DNA of 64,000 nucleotides from Saccostrea cucullata (Eukaryota): NCBI RefSeq assembly GCF_032062105.1, contig NW_026924258.1, positions 1 to 64,000 of the forward strand, read 5' to 3'. Shown piece by piece: positions 23,662 to 37,500 of this stretch (position 1 is its first letter; each line of letters starts with the position of its first letter). The notes under the pieces were generated by a model. It saw only the letters and a program-made list of their open reading frames with translations, ran no database searches and was not told where the DNA came from. The position numbers and the translations under genes were made by a program.

Positions 23662-26600
23662 ATGTTTATTGCTACAGCCTTTACTTTGCTGTTGACATCA
23701 GGTTGAGTATATTTTCCATTATAACACCCCACCCCCTCGGTCAATAAAAAAAATGTTTATATCTATTGAACCATAATGATCTCGCAAGTAATCTTCTGCA
23801 GGTCATTAAAATTTCCGTTTTATTATTGAAAAATTTCCTTCGTGTAGTTTGCATTTATTTATTTTGTATATTTTCCAACGTAAAGAATGAAAATCATTTC
23901 TTTACATTTAGAAAATACAAAAAAAAAACATGGCTTTACCAGTAATTGGAAATGTATGGTTATAACAATACTGATTTTACTTTTACCTTGTAATGTCGTA
24001 AATAATAACCTTTAATCTGCATAATGGTTTAATGTCATAACAATTTCATATTTGCCATCCCTTTTGATCAGATATAACCGTATTCTACTATATTTGATTG
24101 CAGTTGCATTCGTCTCCTCTAAACAGCTCTGCTTTAGCTGTAATGGAGTACCAGATGAAGCTGATTGCAGTACCATTACAACCTGTAGCGATAGCGAGGT
24201 CAGTCAATTTCTTCGATGTGAAGCCCAGCCGCCTACTCAAAATTATTTCTTTTTAATTATATACAGCTAAAGTTCTGTATGTCGAATACTGATTAGCTAG
24301 CTAGAATACCAGGAATAAGCCGAAGTGAATTTTCAATATTAAACAGTAAACTAAAAGTTCGGTATATCGAATACTGAACGCTAGAATACCATGAAAGAGT
24401 TGAAGTGAATTCAATGTCATAATTAGTCCTTTATTAATAAAGTATTTTATCCTGGACATTTCGGATTCTCGAATAATTCGGAGATCTTTTTCGGTGCCAT
24501 TGAGTTCGAAATACCGAGATTTAAATTTTAAAATCATATGATTTTTCATTATTTAATTTGTTTCAGGCATGTTTTGTCAGAAAATATACACAGCTGAATG
24601 GTAAACCAATGTTTGAGTCAGGATGCTTGAGCAGAAGTGTAAGAGAAATCTTTTTTTTCTTTACCACTTACACTTTTTTTCATACACCTTAATGCAAATG
24701 GCGTCAGGAAAGCTTATTTGTGTGCTTCTGAATAATTTTTGGGGTTTTGCCTTTGCCAAAAAATCTGTACAATATTTCTGCATTTTTATATATGCACTAT
24801 CAAATCTGATTTCTTTGTTTGACCATCAAAGTTACATTGAAGATGAAAGAAAATATTTTTGATTTTATTTATTTTATGTATTTTTTAAAGAGCTGTAAGA
24901 TAATTCATGTAGTGTCGGGTATCGGGAAGAAGCGAGAAACTGGGGTTACTAATTGTTACGAGTGCTGTGAATCAGGAAATGTAACATATCCCTGCAACGA
25001 CAATTTATGCGGAAAACCTAGTGAGTTTCGGATTAAACACTTGATTTCCGGTTAACATTATTTTTGCTATTTTTTTATTCAAAACGAAAAAAGTTTACAC
25101 ATGTAATTAATTTCATATTCAGTTGCCACAGAGACTAGATGTTACTCCTGTTCCGACACAGCCCAGCCCGAAAACTGCGAAAATATTATTGCCTGTGATG
25201 TAGATTCAGTGAGTATTGATTTTTTTTTTTTGGTTCAAATTTAATGTAGTCGATTCAAAATCTCAAAACATGGAATTGTCTTCAATCACAAGAATCAGAA
25301 AATTAAAGCATTTGAGATTGCATATGAAAACAGGATGTGTTTGTGAAACACTATGCGCTGGCGGCAACAAAGTTCGAAAAAGCTATTTTTTAGCATAAAG
25401 GTCACAGTCAAGGTAACGAGGTCATTAATCTTGGTGTCATTTGAACGAGATTTATTATATATGGAGTATGCATACCAAATATGAAGTCTCTATCTCTCAC
25501 GGATCAAAGGTTATAGTGAAGGTTAAAGTTGACAATAGACAAACAGCTAAACATACAAACAGACAAAAATGTTAATATACGCCACGATCTACATTACTTA
25601 TACAAAAATATTGACACCTATTTATATGTATGATTAGTTGTAGTATAACAGTTTTGTTAAAAATGTGCAATAGTTAAACTATTTTATACGGACAGTGAGT
25701 AGTGAAATTTTAATAATATGAAAAATATATTTGGTTCCAAAGTTATATCCCGACGAAGCTGATTGTACACGTACCACCACTTATTGTCGCATTGTCAAAC
25801 GACCTGGATGGACATAGGTGTCGGAACCGTGGGGGGGGCGCTTAGCCCCAACCCCCCCCCCTTTTTTTCTCAAAGATAGATATAATATAAGCATTAAAAA
25901 TTGGGGCCTACCTTTTTTCGTTGGTTTAGTCCCCCCACTTTCAATTTGCCACCCCACTTTCAATTGGCTTCCGACGCATATGGTGAATATTAGACTTTAA
26001 GTACTTGGACACAGATTTGAAGTTAATATTTTCTCTATAATATTACGGCTTATATATTCTAATAGCATTTCACACAAAAATTAATTAAAAATCTTATTTC
26101 ATTTAAAAGTTATTAAAATTTCAAATTTTTTGGCGGATTTGATTGACACATCCTTGTTCTTTCACAAAGTTTAATTTTATTCTTAATACTTAGGAAAAGT
26201 GGCAATCTTGTTGTGTATAAATGAAAAATATTAATACTATAATCCAGAAAATTCAGAGTAGACATGTTCGAAAGCAAAACAAACACAAAATATATTGTCA
26301 GTCCGTGCAGTTGTGGTGAGCAGACTTTGACGATTGAACGCACCCGGTGAATCGTAAACATCAACAGTAACAGAGCTCGTGCCCTGTTTACAAAAACTGG
26401 TACATAACACGAGTGTGATCGATTTGCTAAACTCTGTACACAACACTTAGCTCGGAATGACGATACTTTTGAAGGAGTTTTGCTTTCTAACATTTCTACT
26501 CTGAATAAAATTATTTTTCTGGATTAAAGTTTTAATATTTCTCATTAATGCACAACAAGATTGCCACTTTTCCTAAGGATTAAGAATAAGTCAAAATATG

Positions 26601-29600
26601 TTGTCAATACCCGCCAAAAAATATGAAGTTTTAATAACTTTTAAATGAAATAAGATTTTTAATTAATTTTTATGTGAAATGCTATCAAAATATATACTTC
26701 GTGATATTATATAGAAATATTAACTTCAAATCTGTGTCCAAGTACCTTTAACGTATCTTTACGTCAAAAACTGTCAAAAGCTTTTCCGGTTAAACTGTAT
26801 CCCTCAAAGAATTTTTTTTGCCAAAACCAAAACATTGTATCCCTACCGATAAGATACTTATGATCCGTACATTTAGTTGGTTTTACGGTGTGACTGTTGG
26901 TGCGAATGTAATTATTAAAAGTACTACAAAAAACTTTTACAGCTAACACTAAATATAGTATTTTGACCCGCCTCTTTAAATTTTTAACTGCACGAGATAC
27001 AATTTCATAGATTGTGACGTCACATAGCATCATATGAAAGTTATATTTCCGTAATGGAGTTTATAAATAGGCCTATAGTGCATTTTTTTAACAAAGGATA
27101 TTTTGGAGAAGATGAATTTTAAGCTCTCTACAAGAACTAAGTATTCTCGAAAACTACGGGGCTGTTAATATATTCGCCATTTTCACATGGAATTTTGGTA
27201 ACGAAGAAATTCTCGGAAGGTTTCACAGAAAAAAAAATTGCTTGACGGATATACAGATTTAGTTCGAATATCCTCTGTTATTACACGGAAGTTTATTGAG
27301 CTCGCCTCGCTCCAATCGTTATTAATCATCGCGATGGCTAAAGTGCAAACTTGATATTGACATCCTACAGTTATAAGGCACTTCTTAGAATTATTATTAA
27401 AATTTTCTAAGGGGTTCATAAGAAGTCGATTAAAATTTGATCCTAGTTGTTCGGTTTGTCTCTAAACGCTGCTTTTGATATCGTCCCCTTACTATGAAAA
27501 GAAGGCAATTTTTCACCTATAATAAATATAGTTTAAGAACAGATGATACAAACATTTTTTTTTCTTTTGGGGAGACTAATATCATTATCAGTAAATATCA
27601 GTAAAAATCAGCCTATGTGATTTTTTTTTTAATAATTTTTACCATTTTGGGTTTCCTCATAAAATGTACCTGGCTTGGTATATTTTTTTAAGGTTTATAT
27701 TACATTTTTAGCACTATGCTAACATATTCTGAAATTTGTTTTCATCTGTAAACCTTTACTAAGTATGGTTTGTCCCTATTTGTTACTTTATTGAAGTATT
27801 AACTAATATTTTCGAAGTCTATTTCATTTTCCGAGACTAAGGGGAAAACAATTCAAAGAATAATCCACTTTTCTAAGCCTATGAGGTGATATGAAGTCTC
27901 CTTCAAAGAAAAAAAAATGTTTGTATCATCTGTCCTTAAGAGAAACTAGAAGGCGAATTCCTATAAAAATTCCTAAGTGTTTGGAAAAGTGATTTGGATA
28001 TTTTTTTTTCAATTACAGATGTGTTACACGGGAACATACAGACATCCGCTAAGTCATGAGATCCGCTATAATATGGGCTGTCAACGGAAAGATGTAAGTG
28101 TACATGTTACAAGAGCATGAGCGGAGCATCTCCTCGCAAAGAACATATATCAATAAATCAAGACAGAATCGATATCAAACTGAATGCAATTTCTGTTACT
28201 TCTGTTTCACAAAAGGACAAATAACACACACCACACATAAACAAGTGCGTTACTATTATCCCCTCCAAATTTGTGAGGGGATAAAAAAAAAAACTAACTT
28301 TGCAGTAGAGCTGTAGAAAACCTAGAAAACAGTCAGAATGTCAAAGGTGAAGCTATATATTGTATACTTCTGTATTATAATATTATATCGCCTATTCCAT
28401 CGCCTAGGGAATACCCCCTAAAATAACCTTAACCCTGTAATACTGCAAGTAGGGAGATATCACGCATTGTCTACCTGCACGTGGTATATTATCGACTAAT
28501 TATAATGGTTATTTATTATTTTTAACGGATTTAGAAAAAATACTGGTATACAGTCATACAAAAAATCTAGAATTTATGACTATTTATTTATGAGACTAGA
28601 ATGTGTTTGCTCGTAAACTGGTTTTAAATATTAATTTTATTTAGAGCTTAAAAGTTAGTCATCTTTGCAGACTTGTAGTGCACTGATGAATTTATGGCAT
28701 AGTTATCAGACGTCATCACATACGTCATCACACGGGACAGACACGGTGACCCTGAACCACTGTAACGACTGTTGTAGCGGGGACTTCTGTAATCTGGGAC
28801 TATGTGACATCCCAAAACGAGGTAAGAAAGCGACGACTTCACGTGACATGCCAAAACGAGGTAAGAAAGCGATGACTTCACGTGACATCCCAAAACGAGG
28901 CAAGAAAGTGATGACTTCACGTGACATCCCAAAACGAGGCAAGAAAGCGATGACGTCTGTAACATTTGACTATGTGACATCCCAAAACCAGAAGACTCTG
29001 TCGAGACTGTAGCTCTACTGGTTTGTACTGATCAAAAACCGATGCACAGAATTATGTATGTTAGTGTAGTCTACTTGTGTGATAAGTTATATTGAAATCA
29101 GACCAAAACTGTAGAAGGAGCATTTTAAAGGAATTTCACAGCTTTTGACCAGCCGTTCATTGAAATTGAAAACCATGACTATTATGTAAACTAGTTTACT
29201 TGTGTGCCAAGTGATAATGAAATCCCAAAATATGAGTATTTTTAGTAACCATTGCAACACTGCTCATCGAAATCAAAAACCGACTAATGTGTCTACTTGT
29301 GTGCCAAGTTATATGAAATAAGACCAAAACTGTAGAAGCAGAAGCGGTTTAAAGGAATTTCTCAGAAAATTCTATTTTTAGTAACCATGGCAACACCGTT
29401 CATCGAAATCAAAAAGGATCTACTTGTGTGCCAAGTTATATTGAAATACTAAAATTGTAGGTTAGCGTTTTGAAAAAACATACCGGACGGACGCCGGACG
29501 TCGCATAAGCTCTTCTGGTCTCTGACCAGTAGAGCTAACGAGGTAAATATTGATATCGACTAGATTGGTAGAATAACTAAAGGAGCTTGCAGCTGAAGCC

Positions 29601-31506
29601 TATAGCATCAATGTAACTTCCCAATATGAGTATTAAGCGATAATTTCTACTGATAAATACTAGATTGGTAGAAAAACTCTGAAGGATCTTGCTTAGAATT
29701 CTTCAACATATATTTGACATCCACAAAAAAGATCAGTATGCAAACACTATTGCTGAAGGAAACAAGATGACTAACAATATGATTTTGACCATGATAAAGA
29801 ATTTTGCAACATCGGGCTTTGATACACCCTTGAACGATAAAAGTATGCAATCGGTGTTATTGATGACGAGGTATGTGTGCGATGACTTCACCTGATGAGG
29901 ACAAAGAAAATTTCATTGAGGATTTTGAAGATGAAAGAATATGTTACAATATCGAACCTTGTGACACGGAGATATGTAGCTGCAGATCTGTAGCGTTATG
30001 GTTTTATGATATTTGTCTTTTGTGACATGGAAATATGATATACGTATACGATGACAACTTTTTGATAACTTGATTAAAATTAAGTTGAAAATTCACTTCA
30101 AGCGAGTTTATGAGGATTTTGACATATTGGATAAGATGTGAGAGGGAGTTAGTTGATTGACCAATGCTAGAAAGTGGAGAAACAAAAGTGAGCAAAAAAT
30201 ATTGCGCCGTAAATTGCACCCACTACGGGATCTGTAGCGTTATGGTCAAAGACAAATATATTAAAAACGCAGTGACTGACAACATTTTAATTGATGATGA
30301 GTTGATGATTATGTTAATGTTGATGATTACGATGAAGATGATGATAATAATGAGAAATTGATGAAAACTATTATAAAACTTCTCAATATTTCGTTTTGAA
30401 AAAAGGCATAATTAAGTTATTCGAATTTTAAAAATAATGTTTGATTGCCCTCTACCGACTTAGGATGGAAAAATTGCGTCAATAGATAGGTGGGACTTTG
30501 TTCTTGCAGAAAAATTTTCAACACCACTGCTATCTTTTTAATAATCTATTTTCGGAATGCATAAAACGTATTGTTTCCTGGAGGTTAAAAGAAAGCCTCG
30601 AGTCATGGGGTCTTTACAAAGTTGGTCGGTAGAGGGCAACCAAACACTTTTGAAGATGCTCATCTAAAATGATCGATATTATATTCACTGCCGCTTTCAC
30701 CACGTTTTTTGTTCGTTTGTCTATGAGTTAAGCCCAAAGCAATTTTGATTTAAAACAACATGGCTTGTTATGAGCATATTTTTGTCCTTAGTTAAGCCAA
30801 TATTCACGAGCACGCCTCAGAACAGCACGCTCAGGCCTGAGTTTGAGGGAGTTATACTTGTCTGTAGGACACAGCCGTCCTCCAACGCTACAATGCACTG
30901 GGCATTTAAAGGGGTAGGTATTAGTCAATTAAAACAAAATGCATATGAGCAGTGGCTTTTTTTTCTATTAATTAATTGCATTTAAGGTATTAAAGATCAT
31001 AAATAGAGACTTCTAATAGCACCATCGGTCTAACAACCAAACAGAAATAAACTAGACGGTAAAACATATATAGAATGTTAAATAATTCCATGGTTATTGA
31101 TTCAGCTGATACACGAGCTCAGAGGAGAGTTTTTGCTTGTTGTCCTGGCTGTCTGTAACGATTTCTGTTTCCTGATAACTTTACACTAACATCATTTTTA
31201 CATCTATCTGTCTCTGTTAATATTTCTTTTTTGGTAAACCAGACTTTTGTTTCGTTGAGATTCAAACTTGTGTTTTTAGTTTTTACCGGTAGATCTGATA
31301 GCGGTACTAAAATGTTTTGTTTTTTTTTTTCACTGAAGCTTTCAGGTGGCACAACACTGTCTAGTCAAGCGCATATAACAACTGCGCCAAACAATATTAA
31401 TGTGACCATTTTCCCGGTCCACCAATCAGATTTAGGGGAGTATATTTGTGTGGCAACGAATTCTGTAGGAACCTCAACAACTTCAGCTTTCCTGTCCTCC
31501 AAATAA
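23662..31506 (+). CDS. Gene C: secreted protein, signal peptide - LU - LU - Ig (312 aa, 9 coding exons); paralog of gene A
   Basis: Exons 23662-23701 (MFIATAFTLLLTS), 24104-24198, 24567-24638, 24891-25020, 25123-25208, 28019-28093, 28671-28821, 30792-30913, 31339-31506 (DLGEYICVATN..SSK*). The 939 nt join in frame, with the same exon phases as gene A and several identical exon sizes (40, 72, 75 nt). Confidence 0.88.
25328..25570. mobile_element. Short HINE / satellite-related repeat
   Basis: AAGGTCACAGTCAAGGT..GTCATT..CCAAATATGAAGTCTCTATCTCT..AAAGGTTATAG monomer followed by an ACAG/ACAA microsatellite-like tract, a layout typical of bivalve HINEs (from recall). Confidence 0.5.
25813..25982. 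mobile_element. Small G/C-run MITE
   Basis: TIR CATAGGTGTCGGAA / TTCCGACGCATATG. Confidence 0.55.
26001..26747. mobile_element. TTAA-flanked element with long inverted arms (about 250 bp)
   Basis: TTAA|GTACTTGGACACAGATTTGAAGTTAATATTT ... AAATATTAACTTCAAATCTGTGTCCAAGTACCT|TTAA; the arms extend to about 26262 and from about 26500. Confidence 0.8.
27537..27935. mobile_element. TTAA-flanked MITE
   Basis: TTAA|GAACAGATGATACAAACATTTTTT ... AAAAAATGTTTGTATCATCTGTCC|TTAA. Confidence 0.8.
28804..28988 (+). repeat. 39-bp tandem repeat spanning the donor site of gene C coding exon 7
   Basis: GTGACATCCCAAAACGAG|GTAAGAAAGCGATGACTTCAC x4 plus a partial copy; donors are GT at 28822 and 28861, GC at 28900 and 28939. 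Confidence 0.9.
29008..29538. mobile_element. HINE-like element with degenerate tandem units
   Basis: Repeated CTACTTGTGTGCCAAGTTATATTGAAAT units, a CGGACGGACGCCGGACG tract, and terminal IR AGCTCTACTGGT / ACCAGTAGAGCT. Confidence 0.6.
30438..30646. mobile_element. MITE
   Basis: TGTTTGATTGCCCTCTACCGAC / GTCGGTAGAGGGCAACCAAACA. Confidence 0.65.
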
Positions 31507-34500
31507 AAATGTAAGTTATAGTAGGATTTTAAAAGTTCAAAATATTTCAGGAACAAATCAGTATGTTGAAATTTAACATGTTAATTTTTGTTTGATCATA
31601 TGATCATGTTTTCTATTTAATTTAAATTTGAGATGGAAAGTGATTTTAGATCTTAAATTAGACAAAATGAAATGATGTTTACCAAGAATAGAGATATTTT
31701 AGAGTTTTAATATTTCTTAAACGAAAACATTGATTTCAAGAATTATATCTGATTCTGTGTTCAAAATCCGTCTCTTTTGTAGACATGCTGAGATATTATG
31801 ACCATTCAACCAGCTGTACATTTTTCCAAATAAAGATGATACATTATCATTGTTATAAATCAATTCTCTCATTTCACATTTAATTCGCTTAAAGAAGATG
31901 GGCGAACAAGACGAGAAAAATGCATATCGTTTGACTTAATGGACTGAATTTCGTATTTTACAGTTGAACATTTGGAATGGATAAGTTCTCTTCATTTTGA
32001 CCTTTGGTTTTGTCTTCAGAAGCACTCCACAATTTAAATATGAGTTTTTGCCTTTTTTCCACAGTCCCTCTCCGTGTTTCATTTGGTTTTTCTTGTCTTT
32101 TTCTTCCTTTCGGTGTCCAAGTTAATAACTATATGTAATGCTTGTAATTTTTTTAATCAAATTTTATTCATACATGCTAGTTCTCTTACTATTTCATCTG
32201 TGATTTGCAATTTTCAATACCAGTTTTCTTTTTAGACACATTTGGAGTAATTTTTTTTAATCAAACTTTGAACATTTTACAAAATTCAACGAAGTGGCTA
32301 TACATCGAACAACACATATACATTACGATTGACTTGAAAATGTTGAATTTGATCCTTCCATAAAAATTAACTGTAGGTTACTATATTTTACTAAAGTTAA
32401 CTATAGTTATAACTTTGATATTTTGATTCACTTTGAAACTTTACTCTAGAATTTTTTTTTTGAAGATATGGAGCCTTAATTTTTTTTTTATAACATACCA
32501 AAGATATAATATTGAAAATGTAAATATACAACAAAAAAGTTATTGAAATAGTAATAGCAGAAAATTATTTGTAGGAATTTAAAAATATAAATTATATAAA
32601 ATCTGAAATTCATAGTAAATATACTTTGATTTAATGTTGTAAAACTTTGATTTACTGCAGATGACATTAGTACTTTTTGTAAGGGTTTCTGGAACTATCT
32701 CCCTGTCTGTGCCTTTGTCTAGAACTCAATCACATGTGCACCTGACCAAGATAGACAAAGTTGAATTTACTCAAACTCTTTATTTTTATTTCTCGGTTAT
32801 TGATATTGTTGAATACTTTTGATTTAGCAATGGATGATTAAGCCCGTTGACCCAGATATCGTACGTCTTCATTTTTTTAATATCTTTCTTTGGTTATATA
32901 TGGCTAAACATTAGTTATGTGGTATGCCTATGGCTTGACAATTGAAAATAATAAATTGAGAAATCTAATCTCAATGATAACACAGTCTTATTTGATGACC
33001 CAAGTCCTTATTATTTTCTTTTGAATATTTAACAGGAATTAATTCACTTTTTTCTCCACAAATCACTCATATAAAATTTAATAAATAATTATGATTTCAT
33101 TCCAATGAAATTCTACATGACTGTATAAAGATGATTGCTGCGCCGGGCCATTTCTAGGTTGATGACTGTATTCAATCGTTTTATATCTTTATTAATCGTA
33201 ATATGGCCACTAAAAGTGTCTTGGGTACTTCTTAATTTAATGCCCTTATTGACTTAGCAAACAATTAGTTTGACTTCAATTTAGTATCTCCTGAATAATC
33301 CTTGATAATCGATGGAAAAGTGCATGTTCATACAAAACATAATAAAGTGCTTTAATTCTTCTTTAAAGAAATCTTCATGGATAAATCTGCATGACTGAAT
33401 TTTTATACGTTCAGAATGATGAATATAGCACAGAATCAATTAGCGATCTTTTAGACGTATAAAAAACAATTCATCAAGGTTTGTTTAAAGCTTGTGACAT
33501 CAGCTATTAAATTATGATCTTTTAAACATTCCCACTGCCAAGATCGTGCCATTGTTTCCGGATCCGCTTAAGACCGATTAAAACAATTTGAATTTGCTCT
33601 GCATTGATTGAATTTTATTAATCGTAAATTTTGTGCCATCAGGTGAAGCCCTACTCGATCATATTGTCATTGTTTTCTTTTGTGCAGTCAGAATTATGAT
33701 CCCGATGGCATAAACTAACATTGTAAGTTGACAAACAAGACGTATATTGGTTTTGAATAGGCTAATTGCCTTCTCTTCAATTAACACTCACTACCACGCA
33801 ATCATGAACTAAAATGAATGATAGATTACATGAAGGTTTGTATACTTTGCAAAGGTTGACATTCTGTCATCTACTAAATTAAAATTTGATTTCTATACAA
33901 TCATATTCTTTATTTTCTCATTTCTTTGTTTGAGGGAATGCAAATCTTCCCCATGTGCTAACAAAGGCACGATTTGATTTTAAATTCTTTTTTAACAGAA
34001 CGTTCGTTCTTATTCTTATTTTTGAATTAATAAAAAAAACAGCACTGAGGAACGAGGCTCTGTCGTTAATTTCCTTTCTTTAAAATTTAGATATGCCCAC
34101 CTGACCTCTCCACGTGTCAAGGTATGCTAGGCCTCTGCACCTCCCATTTACAAAAAAATAACACCACAATATTGCGTGTTTCTTTGTGGGTGAGTGAGTA
34201 AATCCTATTCGAACATTAACGGAATTTCCATCGTGATCGAATTCCATTGCTGCCTTGTTTTATAGATGTAGGTATGCTCTTTTGCAAGAGGGATGTACCT
34301 CTTTGTCTTACCCTTATTTTACTCTATATTCCTATGGTTTAAGGCCTTACCTACTTATTAACAGTTTTCCAGTTGTAAGCTCCGAATATATGAGTTAATA
34401 AGGACCTCCACAAAGAGAGTCGGGATCTGAAGCCATGGACTAGCAAGCATTTCTTTTTGATCTGTAATAACTGCCTAGAATTTCAAAGAGTTACTTTATA

Positions 34501-35944
34501 AATTTCTATTTTCAATTATACTATTGCAAGAGCATTCGTAAACCAATCACCAATTTATAATATAGACATTGAAGTATAAAATTATTTATTTATAAAGAGC
34601 ACGTCCGTATGGTTATATGGTTTTTAATACACTTGCAGTGAGATAAGTTAAACCAACTTTTTGATTATTTCTTAACGCAATTTCACTTTTTCACAAATAC
34701 AAGATATATATAGTGCTGGTTGCAAAACGAGCACAATTCAAAATCTAAACTGCAAACGATCATAATTTTAAATCTCTTCTGGTTTTTACATTCAAAAAAG
34801 GGCTAGATTCAGCCGTTGTCTTTTCACCCCATTAGCTTGTCTTTTTACCCCATTATAATTTTTTTTTTGAATACATATTTTAAGATAAACGCACGGTAAA
34901 GGTTTTGTCTCCTGACGCACGGTAGGAATTACATTAAGATGACGTTACTTCTCGGCACGCATTTTAGCATATTATCCGCATACTTTAATTTTTATTCTCC
35001 TATGTGCATCTTTTTTAATAACCATTACTGCCATTTTGCTATTTACTGTCATGTTTTCAGCTGTGATTATAAATAAATTTGAACTAAATTGTTGAGTTTT
35101 TTATTTCTTATTTCATTCCTTTTTTTCGTTACCTTACAATCCTTATACTGTCACCAGTTTTTTTCATATACATGTATTCAGTGCAAAATTCTCCAGAGGG
35201 ACGTTTAAAAAGCTAGTTTACGGCGTCACCTGCAATATATATGTGTTTTCGTGCGAGATAGACAAAACGCAATACAATGTTTATTTTAATATTTTTGTTA
35301 TTAATTTTGCAAATTTATCAGAATTGATTTAGGGGCGGGGAAAGTTAAAAAAGACATATGTTTAAGTACAGCTCAATACATGTATAGAGTTTTGCTAAAA
35401 ACTTTTGATTGTTAAATTTTATACCACGCAGTTGTGACATTACTTTTGGATCAACTCTCCTACATCGATGTAAGGTCACTAAGTTTTATGGTATTCCAAC
35501 CTTTGAAATATACCTAATGTACGGTAATAATAAAAAAAAAACGAACACGGAATTGTAATTCCTGGAACAGATTCGCGGATATGGATCAGATTAAAGGATT
35601 AGTTGAGCTTAAATAACTATTATTGAAATTAATATTGTATCTTTACTACAATATTTAAACAAACTTCCACGTTTGAGATGTATGGGTCATCATCCAATAG
35701 AAATCTTCGTTATAAAATCACGTGGTGGCTGGGATAATTTTAATTAAGCAGTTCATTGATTTGCTGTTAAGGGGGATTGTCAATTGTAAACAAGTTCGCG
35801 TCATTTGGACTCTTTTTGAATTATTTAATATAGATTATCACCAATAAAGTTCCATCGATTAGAGTTATATTGATGATAAAACCGTCCATTCTTAGCTGGG
35901 TGGTAGATTCATATAAAACTAGTCGGGGGCGACTTCTGTTCGGA

Positions 35945-35950
35945 TATAAA
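35945..35950 (+). promoter_or_regulatory. Candidate TATA box of gene D
   Basis: TATAAA about 220 bp upstream of the ATG at 36167; weak evidence in AT-rich DNA. Confidence 0.3.
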
Positions 35951-36166
35951 TTGATTAAACATTTCAGATTCCGTGTTTTAGTTTTTCCTTACATCGGTGG
36001 ACGATCAGTTAACTTTTTAATTCTTGTGACAGTTTTTACATCAACATGATAATTGCAAATTTTCGTCTCTAGCTCTTTAGATAACAGAGGATTGTGTTTT
36101 GTCACTAACAGATAATATTTTTAACCACATAAAAAAACTTTCTAAATTTTAATTTAATTCCGGAGA

Positions 36167-36222
36167 ATGGTGTCAAAGCTTTTTTGGTTACTGGTATCAA
36201 CCCTGATATCTTTAGGTAAGTG

Positions 36223-36280
<58 letters not shown>

Positions 36281-37458
36281 TACTGTAAATATATGAATGT
36301 TATGAAGTAACAGGATTAATATGTTGTCAATAGATTTCGCTGATTCTGTTCATAGATCTTGTATCAAAATATGATGATATACTTCAGTTTTCGATATGAA
36401 TACATGTATTTATATATGAAAACGTGTTGTAATTTTATTTTCTCTATTCATTAATATATATTCATTTATATATTTGTATATTTTCATTCATAATAATGCA
36501 TTTATATTACAATATTTTTGCCTCAAGCATAAAAACTATTCTTGTATGAAGGATGTTCAGATCAGAATTGCTTTTTTTTAGTTTACTGATTGTATGACTT
36601 TGATTACATAACTAAACTTAAGACTATATCCAAACCCTCTTTATTCAAATATAAAGCAAATAATAACTTTTGTTAATATACAGTTTTAATTTATTTAATT
36701 CATTTTTTAAAGTGTGTTTTATTCACTTAATAAATTAAAATCTTTTTAAAAAATGAATTTCAGAAAAAATATAAACACATGCACAGATTTAAAAAAAAAT
36801 GAGAATACATGTGTCCTCTTTTTAAAGATCAAAATGTAAGTCCAGGCCCGAGGATCATGAAACAGGCTAAGACTTAAGTCAAATTTTCGATCACCTGAAA
36901 ATTGTTTATTAATTACTGAATTAATCTCAAAATTTGCAAAGAACAGCGCATTTGTGAATCAATATTGAAACTGATCTTAATTTTTAAGTACAGTATGAAG
37001 ATTTTGACTTAAGCTTAAGATGTTTCATAACCCTGGGGCCAGAGTAATTCTTTAACTAATATAAAGCTTTAACTATACAGATAAAACGAATTATTTAGAA
37101 TAACATAACTCGATTAGATGAATAAGCTATGAAATAAAATGTTTAATATCTCGCAGGGCTCAAGTCGGTGTAAGTACCTTAAGGGCATACGTATTTAGAC
37201 ATTATTTTCGGGAAAAAATATTTTCTAAAGCCTCTTTCTTTTAGCTCTTTTTAATAAATGACGCTTTTCAAATCTCTCAAACAAAGCACTGATTTAAACC
37301 AGTAAAACCTCTTCAAACACTTTAGCTGATACACTACATTGTTACGTCACAATTTAAGTTCGATGTGACGTAAGTTTGAGGCTGCATCCACCTTAAAAAA
37401 ATACACACTAACGATAAATGTGTTACATTCTTTTGCGTCTTAGTAAATTGCTAGTTGT

Positions 37459-37500
<42 letters not shown>

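Noticed and set aside
29689-30361. Coding-looking acidic stretch and ORFs in an intron of gene C
   Set aside because: Interrupted by stops, no coherent splice sites or recognisable motif; probably decayed foreign or TE sequence.
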